DNA of 63,176 nt, counting the filler. It is 3 parts of 3 records of this genome, joined end to end, with 100 filler letters (N's around TTAATTAATTAA, not from the genome) between each part and the next. Parts side by side here need not be neighbours in the genome. Positions count along the whole stretch, not along the records: positions 1 to 26,975 come from SRR2962707_772; 2 more parts are not named here. One strand, 5' to 3'. This document shows, piece after piece, positions 12,201-24,200 of this stretch (positions are counted from its first letter, which is position 1; each line of letters begins with the position of its first letter). The notes beneath the pieces are model-generated. The model ran no database searches. It saw only the letters and a program-made list of their open reading frames with translations, and was not told the DNA's origin. The translations under genes and the position numbers were made by a program.

Positions 12201-15200
12201 CTTTGCCGATGGTGCGATACTCGGCTTCGTTGTAGAAGTAATCAGTTGGAGCAATCACAATTTCATCACCTACGACCCAGTCAGTTGCATCTTGCAAGTC
12301 AATGAATGTTGCTCCTTTCGGTGCGCTTGCAGTGAGGCGAGTCCAGGTCACGTTGCGGTCCGTTCCATGCAGATCGAGCTCCGCATGGCGGACACCAAGC
12401 ACCTTGGCTCCGTAGATTGGAATCTCGTGGATACGACGGTTGCCCTCAAGTGTAATCGTAGCACGGTGCAGGAATGGCTGATCGGCTGTCCCGACTTGGA
12501 ACTTGGCAAGACGTGAGCCATCTTCATTGCCCTTGACCATGATGTAAGTTGCATTTAATTCCAAGTCAAGCTCGTCAAGGAAAATCAGCGAGCCTTGCAC
12601 AATGAGCAAGTGGAGAGACGGACTGTTCATATTGTATAACACAACATCTGTTTCACCAATTGCCACAGAGTCGCCCTGTTGGGGTGGGTCGTCATACCCC
12701 CACGTCGTGACAGCCGACCAGCGGTCGCCATACGTAAATTTGTCTTCGCAGCGAGCGTAGCCCTTTCCTGCCACTTGCACATGGAGGTCAGTGTTAAGCA
12801 GCGGTCGATCCTCCACTGCAATAGGGTTCGTCAAGCAAGTGATCTCGGTATCAGAGGCACCAAGCCCTGTACAGTCCACCCCAAACTGCTCGTTCGTGCC
12901 CCAGTCGCACAGATTGATGCCACGGTATTCACCTATGTCCGCGGTGTTGTAGGCGCAAATTGTTCCACCAATGGTGACCACAGGATCGGCGCCAAAGTCG
13001 GTGCCGACGATGACAATCTTGGCGCCACCCGCAGTGGACGAAATGTCGGGAGTAAAGCTCGTGACCACAGGAGTCAAAGCAGCGCTATACTCAAACACAC
13101 CTTGGGCACCAATGGGGGACGTGAACCAAATGTTCGGATCAACTTCAACCGTGAGTTGATCTTGCGCATCGTCGACCGCAAAGAACACACCCGGTGCAGT
13201 CGTGGATCCAGATCCAATGGTGTCTTCGCCCAAAAAACTTGGTGTGGTATAAAATATTGACGTCGTGGACAGCCGGTCCGGCACCTCCGTTGAGCAAACG
13301 CCTGCATGAGCAAGACGGTAATCATTCAAGGAGTCAAACCCATGATTTGCGTCATTTAGGTTATCCAGTATTGCCACGGAGGCACCGCACGTAATTAGTT
13401 GAGTAGCCAGGGCCTCGGTAACGCTCCAATACCAATCACCTCTCGACACGATGAGGGCCAGTTCGTTTGGACCCAGAGCACTCAAGAACGCGGCCATTTC
13501 ATCCGCCTCGGCTGCAGAAGTTCCTGTCTCGAAAGTCCGCATCGCATTGGAAAGTCCGAAGAAGTCAAGATCTAAAGTTGCAACGGACAAACCGTCACTG
13601 ACAGTAAACAAGAGATCCACTTCCTCTCCTGTGCGTGGATCGTTGTAGTACACGCGAGAGTATGATTCGTCGCTCCCGCTCGACAACATTAACTTTGGGC
13701 GTCCCGTTACTGAATTAAACACCTGCACGTCGGCAACATATTCGCCAGCCTTTGAGGGGCCAGTGGTGCAAACAATCTCATCGTAGCTGGATGTCTCCAC
13801 TGCGCATGGAGTTGACCCAACGGTGACCTTTGTGGTGTTGCTGAAACCCCATCCCGATACCGTCACAATTCGTCCGCCTGCAAGCGACCCACTTGAGGGT
13901 GAAACGCTTGTCACATTGCCAAGAGATGAGAATACAGGCAACATATATCCTGGCTTGGGCCCAAGCGCTGTACCCTGACTGGTTGACGTTGTGAATACGT
14001 TGTAGTGCCCGCGCGCAAGCTGCGGGGAGTCGCACACAACTTCAACGGCATCACCCACGGATGTGACCGACGTCACCGGACAGTTGGCGTGGCCAATCGC
14101 GACACTATAGTGGGTTGCATCCGTGTCAGCATTGTCGCTGAGCGTGATAGTGACTTTACTCCCAGCAATAGCACCTGGGCCAGTGGCCAGGCTGGACACA
14201 CAACAAGCTGCTACGGCTGTGGCTGCGTCATCTGCTGACAAGCAGCCTTCGGTTCCTGTGTCAGTGTCCACAGTCAGTAAACCGTCTGCGCAGACAGTCC
14301 GAGTCCACACAACTGCGCCAGCAAGATCATCATTGACAAGCACGCCGTCAGTGATCTGATGCACAGAGCACACATCGGCCCCCACACTGGAACAGTTGCT
14401 TTGCGCTGACGCGAAGTCAACATGGGTCAACGACGTAATCTGCCCGCACGCAGGAGATGTCTTGGACACTGGCCAGCCTAGGCCAGCGCAGGAGGCTGGA
14501 GATTCACCCAAAGAACCACTAACGTCGATTCCTTGCACCACAGCAACATTTTCGTTATTCCATGCGACTCCGAAAACAGTGACAGCGACAATATCGCCTG
14601 TGGCCTTGCTCGAGATTTCGACGGCAACTTCATCGAAAGTGAGTGAGTCGTACTCGCAGTACACGGTGCTGTCTGGAACCGCAACAAGGGAGTAGCCTGG
14701 GTTTGTGTTAGTGTTTTGACTTGGCGCAAAAAGAGAGCAAGTGCTCAATCCAGTATCCCAAGAAAGAGAGTTGCACGACGCTACCCCATCGCACGCGTTT
14801 TGACAGTCAACAAGCGACATCACTCCAGAAACAGTGGACACAGTGCCTCCACTCCATGACAGGCCATCTTGGCACGTAAAGTCCGTTGGGCGAGGGCGCC
14901 GGCTCGAAGTGCAGTTGATACTTCCTGGCGCGTGACCTGTGACTTCGCACACACTCTGGCCGAGGAAGTCGACAACACGGATACTGTAGGCTTCGGCTTC
15001 CCCAAAGCCTTCGCCAACAAGGGCAAGATCCACTCCTCCCTCCAGTCCAAGCTCAACGCACGCTTCGCCGGGAAAGCAGTCAGCACCGTTTACAGCTGCA
15101 ACGGCAGTTTTGAATTCAAAAGCGGACGGGCCGTCTCGAGTTCCCCATTCACGGCCGAAAGCAGAGACTTCGCAAATATACAAATACTGGTATCCGGGCA

Positions 15201-18200
15201 CCACTAGAGTGATGAACTTGCCGACAGCTCCACCACCACAAGATACTTCAAGCAAGTCGTTTGAAACAAACTCGGTATGCTCGACGTCTGTGCCGCACTC
15301 CGTCATGCCGCTTTCATTTTCAAACGTTCCAGTATTGCCACCAATCTCACTTCCGGGCGCTTCTTCAGACACAAACACCTTGAAACCGGATAAGTGAGCT
15401 TCGTACCCGTTCCAAGCGGCAATTTGAATAGTGTGGATCTCCTCAACGCTGCCCAACTCAACAACAACATGTGCAGACGTTGCAGTTGTAAATGACGACG
15501 TATGCCATTGCGTGCAATAGTAGCTGTTGCTGTACCCAACAGTGTCCGTGAGCTTCTGCAATTCCCCCTCAATGTCACCCGAAATTAGAGTAACCGCTGT
15601 GTCAGAGCCAACCACGCTGCCGGCTGCGTCGTATGTGTCAACTGTGTTTTCCTTCGGGCCAAACACTTTGGCGCGGGCAGCTAGGTTTGTGGGATCCACA
15701 AACGTATGGTCAGCATGACCAAAGCCAGGCGTTGTTAATTGAATTTCGCCATGCCCAATTCCTGCAGGCACGTCGCAGCGAATTTCAGTTTCAGACTCGA
15801 AAGAAACAGAGCAAGCCACATCGCCAATTCGGACTAGGTTTCCGCTGTCGGCGAAGTTGGTGCCAACCAGCACAAGCGTGGTGTCAACTCCGCCAGCAAG
15901 AGTGCGACTCTGGGCTGTGTTGGACACGCAGAGATACATCTCCGTGCCCAACAGCGTGTTTTGGTTCAGGTTTCCATCGAGATACATCTGGGTCGCACCA
16001 AGGCCACCTCGCAAGCCCCGACCGGAAAACTCGGATGGGCAAGCAGATTCATCACTCAAGTAAAGGCTCGTAACGGGAACATCACTGTCGCTTCCGTATG
16101 ACACGCAAAGGGAAATCGCCGTGCCAGACCCTGATGTAACGGCGTTGAAATTCGGGTTAGTCATATTCAACAGTTGGATCGGTTCCGCGTCGCCTTCACA
16201 TTGCACCGCATTGGAGATGATTGATCCGGACAGGTGGAGCCCTGTCACAAACGTCGAGGCACCAACATCAGCAAGTTTGGCGCATAGCACAACGGGCGAG
16301 ATTGCATGAATGGAACCCTGGTTAACGTTGCCACTCAAAGAGGAATGGTGATCAATGAGTGTGAACCCGTGCACATCACAGTCTTTTGACGAGGAGGCAA
16401 GGGCAACATCGACAATCACTTGAGCCGTGGTGGCGAGTTGTCGACGGCCAGCCGATGCCGTTGTAACAACCATTTCAGCAGCCGTTGCCACAGAGTCCCC
16501 GGTGGTGTCTCCAACCGCAGCAACGGATGTGCGAGCAGCATCAGTGGTAACTGGATACCGGACGGACTCGGTTTGAGAGAATGTTGCCTCGCCAGACACT
16601 TCCAGCCGAGATTCCCAAGCAGAAACTCCAATCTCTCCGGCAAGAGTATTCGCGGCCACGGACACGGTTGTGTTCAGCGGCGGCACCGTGGTTGTCGGTG
16701 GGGGTGTTGGGGCCGCAGTTGTGGTTGTAGTGGACGTCGTAGTGATGGCTGGAGCGGTTGAGTGGATTGGCGCTGCGGTGGACACGGCAGCACTATCAGT
16801 CGCAGAAAAAGTAGCAAGACGCCGTCTGGAGGCAGGCAGGCACCGCCCGCAGGTCACAGCACAGCCGTCAGCAATTTCAGCCGCGCCACAATCAGCGCCA
16901 CCCTCAATCAAGATGTTGCAGTAGTTGTCATCGCCATTGTCAACGTCCAAGAAATTTTCACAATCGCCACCAAAAGTCGTTGTAGTCGATGGTTCGATGG
17001 TGCTGAAAGCTCCAAAGCTTTCCACATACCCGGCAGCTACAGCAGGTCCATGGCCAGCAGCAACTAATACTTCAAAAGAAGCTGACACGCTGAACATGTC
17101 CAGGCCCAGGAATCGGCGGGCAGAGCTGGCTTTGCAAATCGAGTGATAGTTGACGTATCCATTCGCGTTCTCGCTGTACCCAGCAGTGTTCGTTAGCGAC
17201 ACTTGTTGACGAAGCCGCAAGAACTTGTTGGAACCATCGGCGTTGTTGGTAAAGTAATAGCACCCGAACGGTGCGGACGTGTACTCGTAATTTTGCGAAG
17301 TGGATACATTGGCTTCGAGCGAATACCCAACATGCTCAGCAGCTGCTTCACATTCGGCCAGTGATACAATGGCCTCGTATGGGCCGAAGTCCTCGCAGAC
17401 CCCCTCTGAAATCTCAATGTACTCGCAGACAGCTGAGGCGCTACCGCAGCGTGAACCACCACAATCCACCCCAAGTTCATCATAGTTCTGCACCTCGTCG
17501 CTGCAAGATGCTCGCACGTTGCATGAGTAGGGGGATGATCCGGACGTTGAAGTGCCCTCAATTGCAAGTGAATCGCTGAAATAGCGAACGCAGCGGCCAT
17601 AGGTATTTTCGCGAAAGTCTGGGGCAGCTTTGCAACACACTTCATCCGCCACCTTGCCTCCTTGCGGAACAAGGTCGTAATTTCGGAGGCGACCAAACCA
17701 TCCATATTGGTGATAGTCTTCGCACGAGTGGCCGTTGACGTCTTGCCAATCATCCACTGCGTCAACGCAGGGGGCAGGGAGGCATACGTCGGACAAAGGG
17801 TCAGAGGCAAAAGAGTAACCTTGGCAGGTTCCATCGCAAGCAGCAGAACACTCTTCCTCCGTGTCAACGCATGAAGCCACCCACTCAAGTTCGGAAGCGC
17901 TTGCACCATCAACATTGCGGCAAAAGCCGCGCCCAATTGAAACAAACTCGATGGGGAGGTACGTGACGGTGAAGTCCGGATGATAATGGGCACTTTCGCA
18001 GTCACTGTAACCGCAGTCATAGCAAATGCGGCAATCGGCGTCCCCATCGTGAGCGAACGCAGAGCATGATTCTTGCACACCGGCATGATGGGAAGACAAG
18101 CAGAGGGCCTCGCAGGTCGCAGCATCTGCCGTCACTTTGTCGCCGACTGTGCCACATCGTGTCGAGCCGCGACTAAACCATGTTGAAGAATTCTGTAGGT

Positions 18201-21200
18201 CAACAGCAACGCGAGGCACGGTTGGCGGAGGCACAGGCAATGTCTCCAGGCCAGAAATATCCAAATTCACAATAGAACTTTCCGCCGAGTCGGTGAGCTG
18301 TGCGATTGTACGGCGAATGCCGCGTGCAACAGTTTCTGCGTCCCAACCTAAGCTGCTGGCGTCGGCGTAAAAGCTGAAACTGCCTGCCACCACGTCATAC
18401 TCGGCTGCGAACTTTCCAGCGACACTGTTGGCGTCAACATTGGTGCACGTTTGCTGTACCTGGAACTCCCACAATTGACTGGTGTTCAACGATACCTTCG
18501 TGCGACATCGAGTCGCAGTCTCCGATGGAATTTCCGGGCACATGGCGATGGGCTCCGACAGTGCGTTGCCACTACCATCGATTTCGACACCTGTGACTCT
18601 CCACGCAGCATGCTGGCAGTCGTTTCGGTCCCCAGCTTCCCATTCGATGACAACTTTCCCGTCCCGACCAACACTGTTGACATACATGGATGCATTTTGA
18701 TGTGCACGCCCATATACGATGACAGGGTAGCGAGTAGCGCGACCGATTTGTGGGAACTCGGTCTGCGTGTTTCCAAAAGTTCCAGAATAAACGCGAACGG
18801 TTCCACAACTCACGGAATACTGGCTCTTGGCGCCTGACACACCCAATCCAGATACGGTGTCAACGCTGCTGGTTTGTTCCTCGTTGTTGAAAGTAAAGCC
18901 CCAGCGAACGTTGAAAATCTGACTATCGGCCTGAAAGTTTGTGGCAAAATAGCCAACGCCCGTTTGGTAATAGTTGTACTTGCCATTAAAATAGTCCTCG
19001 TTGAAAGCGTATGGCCCACTAAATGTTTGCTCGGAGGAAAAGAAATCGATTGCATTTTGGCTGTCCACTTGCACCTGCCAGTTGGCAGGGCCATAAGTGA
19101 AACCTACAAACCGAGCGGCGTATTCGGTGAAAGCAACTTCGTTGTACGGCCAGTACTTTGCGTCGCCGCGGTGTTGTTCAACGTTCTCGGAGAGATCGTG
19201 TCCATTTACTGTGTTAGTTGTAGTCCATGCATCAGAAGAATACGAAAACGCGGTGTCATGTCCATCCATTTTCATGATCATGGTCCAACGACCACGCGAG
19301 AACTCGTTGTTGCAAAAGAACGATCGGCCGGCGCCATCTTGGTAAATTCCTGAGCCTTGATCGCTTGTCAAATCGTCGCACGCAGTCTCGGATGACGATG
19401 TGAAAGTCACAGCAGAAGGGCGTCCGGCAGGAGTCGCAGCTGTCAGCGCAGCTTCGGCGCCCGAGGAGAATGCCGGAAAAGAATTTGCCCCCGGATTAGT
19501 GCAGACTTCGGCGACGAAAAAAGTGTAGGAAGCGCCAGAGTGTAGACCCGTGGCGATGCAGGAGGTGCTGCTGCGGTCGGTGAGCTCGTGAGCCGTGCAC
19601 CCTTCTGGTGTGGAGAAAACGCCATACTCAAAACGCTCAATGTCGAAATTCCATTTGTAACTTTGGACTTGCACGTCCCAGTGCGCAAAAGTGCAGTCAT
19701 TGGAAGTTGCACCTGCACTCCAGTCGAGGCGGATAGAATCTTGGCTGTTGAGTCCTGTTGCAACCAGACCAGTTGGACTCTCTGCTGGCATTGAAATGGA
19801 ACCTTCGTTGAAGGCGAGATAAATGCTTGGTGTTCGTGCATTTTGATATTCCACGAAGTCCGCGCTATAATATGCAACCTTATCGTTTCTGAACTGAACA
19901 GTCCATGCGTACTCTGCCTCGGGACGGGCTGGAAGCTGGCACTCCAAATCGGCATCAGCGGCCCCTTCATGCAAACTAGAGCTGGCCACAACACACGGGT
20001 GGTCGTTGAGATCAAATTCGAGTTCTCGAAGACGAATTCCCTCGTTCCATCCGCCGCCAATGTAGGACGAATAGTATGTTGACGCCGTGGCTGCCCCTCG
20101 GATATCAAACTTGAGTTCGTTGAATGCTGGAGAGCTCTCCGGCAAATCATAGTGCACCGTTGCAAGGTAGGAGCATGAGGCACCTGTTACTGTGTGCACG
20201 ATGACCCAGTCTTTGTCCGCATCTTCGATTGCAATACCATTTGCGTCCACGACGGGCCCCACATTCACGCTGATAATCCAGTCACTAGGGCAATCTGAAA
20301 TGTCGGTGGTCAACGAATATCCAGTCATGACCTGGGGAGCACTGTAACCAACGATAATCTGTGTTGTAGGGTACTCAGCAGATAACCAGGCGGTTCCAAT
20401 GTCACCATCGAAAAGTCGGGAAATATCCCAACTCGAGGACCAAATGGAGGCAGAGTAACTTTTTGAAACAGACGCAGCGCTGAAGGTGTCGTTGAGGCTG
20501 CGAGTCATGTTCGTCACGGGCTCAAGGGACACAGTGGGGAAACAGCACTTCTCCCACAGGCTAACGTAGTGACCATTCTCGTCTCCGCAAGAGAACTCAC
20601 CGGTGTCACCTCCTACACATGCGGCATCGCAGTTCAGCTCATCCACAGCAGTGAACTCTTGACCAAAACTGTAACAGTGGCAGGTATCTCCATTGGCCAG
20701 TCCAAAGAACTGAAAGTTTGTACAGTGGTCTCGGCAATCGCTTGTGGTCATGTTGAAATATGGTCCAAAAGTGGTTTCCGGCTCGAGGTCCACATTTTGC
20801 ACACAACCAAGCGAGAGAGGGGTTTGGTCCACGGCGATGTATCCATTCAACCCAATACCAGCCACATTAGCGATGGCCCCTCCGTTAACGCCGCTGGCAA
20901 TTCCGCTCGCTTGGACCTTTGGAAAGACAAGCACTTCAAACAATTGGGAGCTGCCGTAGTAACCATGGCTCAGAACAAGAGGCGCAACGCCATAGGAGAT
21001 CATGGGAATCTCGAGGACCACTTCGTTCGCAGAAACAGAGAGTAGCGCTGCATTGTAGCCGTTTACAGACGCTGAAATGCAAAAGCCAGTGGTGGCATCA
21101 AGACAACCACTCGAGGAATCATCATCATACAACACCCCTGCAACTGAAATGGTCACTGTCTCGCCCGGTGCTACATGCGGGACAACAGACTCGGAGACGG

Positions 21201-24200
21201 TCAAATTGGGCGAGCCGACGATGTAATTGATGTGTGGCCCTAGAGAGGAGCTGAAGGTGTAGTTTCCGGGAGTGGGGGTTGAAGTCCCATCTTGTCTGCA
21301 GAATGCAATGTTTGAGCAATCAACGAAAACCGAAACGTCAACGGACTCGTCTCCATCGCCATCATTGCGTCCAACACGGCAGGTGATGTTTGTCGGATTT
21401 GCTTCGATGATTTCACACGCGCGGTCCCCAACGGTGACCGAATTGTGGGACGAGTACTGGGAGAAGCCATGACCCTGGATCGTAATGACGTTGCCACCAC
21501 CTTGTGATCCACTGCTTGGCACAATTGAGCTGATGACAGGTCCGACGTCAGCGACAATCGATACACGGGCAAACCCTTTGCCGTGAACATACACGTGAAT
21601 GGGGTACACTCCAACCTGCAGATCGTCAGCGGTGCACACCACGAAGTCATCTCCGGAAGCGACTGGGCGGTCCGTGCGAGAGTCGTAGTCAGCATTAGGG
21701 GCAACCCCCCAGTACTGATTGATCCCACGGCCATCCTCTGTAGTCACGTCGCCCAGATAGCAGAGCGTGCTTCCCCAGATCAACGAGTAGTCCACCTCTC
21801 CAAACCAAACAGTGACATTGGGAACGCGCTGGTAGAAACCCCATTTGTCCATGTACATATTGTCGTCGGTGATTTCAGTTGCGTTAAGGTTGGTTCCTGT
21901 GAGTCGCAGGGGAACCCCGGACGAAACAGCTCCAGAAATACCGTCGATGGTCGGTGTTGCACTCTCGGCAAACGAGAACTGGTCTACTGCAGTGTGCGAT
22001 ATGTTGTTCACTGTCACCACAATGTCGGCCGTCATCTCACTTTCGCCGGAGGTTCCATTTGCAATGACACACTCAAGCACAGTCTCGTTCGAGAAGTCGA
22101 ATACGCGACCATAGTGGCGCTCAGCAGCTGAGCTGTAGCCGTACACATAGTCAACATCGCAGTTCACGAATCCCTCGTACTTGATTCCGTCGCAGTGACA
22201 GTTGTCAACCAAACGAGGCAAGCACTCAATACCTCCAACAGTAACGGTGTTATCAATGCCCAGAAGCCCAAAACCATGCCCTGTGATCGTGAGGACGGTG
22301 CCGCCGAGAACGGAGCCTTGGGTTGGGAAAACACTGTCGACAGCGAGAGTCGCGGTAAACTCGGCGTCGTCAACAAAGAAAGCGTTTCCAACAGCAGTGC
22401 GCAATTCAATTTTATGGACTCCTGCTGGTGTGGGGCCCAATGTGCATCTCAACGAGTTCGTTGACAGGTCGGCAATGTCGCACAGGGCACCACCAATGCG
22501 CACTTCAGCGATGATTTCGCTGTCATCAGTGAGCTTTCCCTTCGCGTCGACGTTGGAAAACATCCACGCGAGGTCGAATTTGTGCAAAGCGAGCCTCAGC
22601 TCGGTTCCTTCTTGCCCGGACGTGGGTGACGAAGGGTGCATTTCTGCAACCGGGGTCAGCTCTGGATCCGGACTAAAGGTGCAGAGGTCTGTGTCTTCGC
22701 ACATTCCAAGCACATTATTGCTGGAAACAATAACCTGCGGTGTCGTTGCGACAAGCCGCAACGCCTCGGCCATGACGGGTTCGTCACTCCACACAAACAG
22801 TGATGCTGACACGGAGTGCACAAGTGCACCACTGCAGTCACTGAGAACCGCGAAGCCAGCTTCAGACGCATCCAAGCACCCGCCAACGGCAGGCAGACGA
22901 ATCACACCTTGCAAGTACTCGAACACTTGAAACTTGTCACTGGGGTCGCAATCAACAATGTCAAGGAAGTCGGTGTCGATATTGAAGTGAAGGCACTTAT
23001 GAAATAGGCCGTTGGCCACGGCACCCGTAGCCTCGTCGAAAGCCCAATTCTGCGCCGCGTAGCCGCTTGTGCAGGTACCGTACACGGCACGGGATCCGCT
23101 AGGTGACGTTGAAAGGCAGCCCGATGCAGTTGGCAAGGGCAAATACAGCCATGACGAAAGACTGGTGAGCTCGTTCGCAACGAGGGACACTGTTAACGTT
23201 GCTCCCTCCAGGTCTTGCCAATAGATGACGTTTACGAGCAAAAGATCGTTCGCACGTGCTGTGAAAGTGTTTGAGGACCCAGCCTGTCCCTCGACCACGT
23301 AATCAAAGTTAACGTTCCCGACGCCAAACGCTGCGCTCACGTCACCACTCACCGTGATCACATGCGGCAAGTCGCCGACAGCGTTGATCGTGTAGGTTCC
23401 ATTTGCAGGGACACGCAACGCACCTGTGTACATGCGGGCGGAGGGTTCCAGCGGCTCAAACCCACCATTCAGAATATCGACGGAAACACCATCCTCAACA
23501 TCTACCACGCGTTGGTGCTTGACATGGAAGGACATCTCGTGTCCCTGCGCAGCGGCGCCATTGAAGCTAAGAGCCGCCGCAATGTCCTGCATCGCTGGCC
23601 CGCTGTACGCATAATGCTGTCGGATTTGCCCGTCCACCACCTCGTGGATGGCAATGTTGGCAAGTTGCAGAAACGAACCGGAGCTCATGAAACACAAGCG
23701 GTCAGTGAGAGCGCGTGCCTGAAGGAAGCCGTCAAAATTAGCGGCAATGGCGCCGTCCGCGCTGGAGGCAGGCACAATTGCTTCGCGGTCGGCGTGCTCG
23801 ATGGCTTGATACGTGAACTTGAAATAAGTGGTGGCCAGTGCAAGCTCCTTGTCCGAGAGGGTGTCACCGTAAACAAGCACTTCACCGATTTCGACGTCAC
23901 TGTTGAACTCAACTCCACCACCGCAAGCACAGCATGCCTCAGCCATGCTCTTGCCACCGGAGCCAGCATCAGCTGCGAATAATTCTTCGCAAATTGTCAT
24001 GTTACTTGCAGCCTGCGAGCAGGTAGCTCCATGAGCAAAAGTTTCCGCGTAGTCCTCGCATTCCAGGCCATTCACACGGAGGTTATCGAAGGGAAACGCA
24101 ATGTCTTTCGCCACCTCGACACCATCCCAAAAGATGGTGACTGCTCCAGCAGAGTCACGTGACAACGCAATTGCATGGAAAGCATTGTCGGCAGGAAGCG

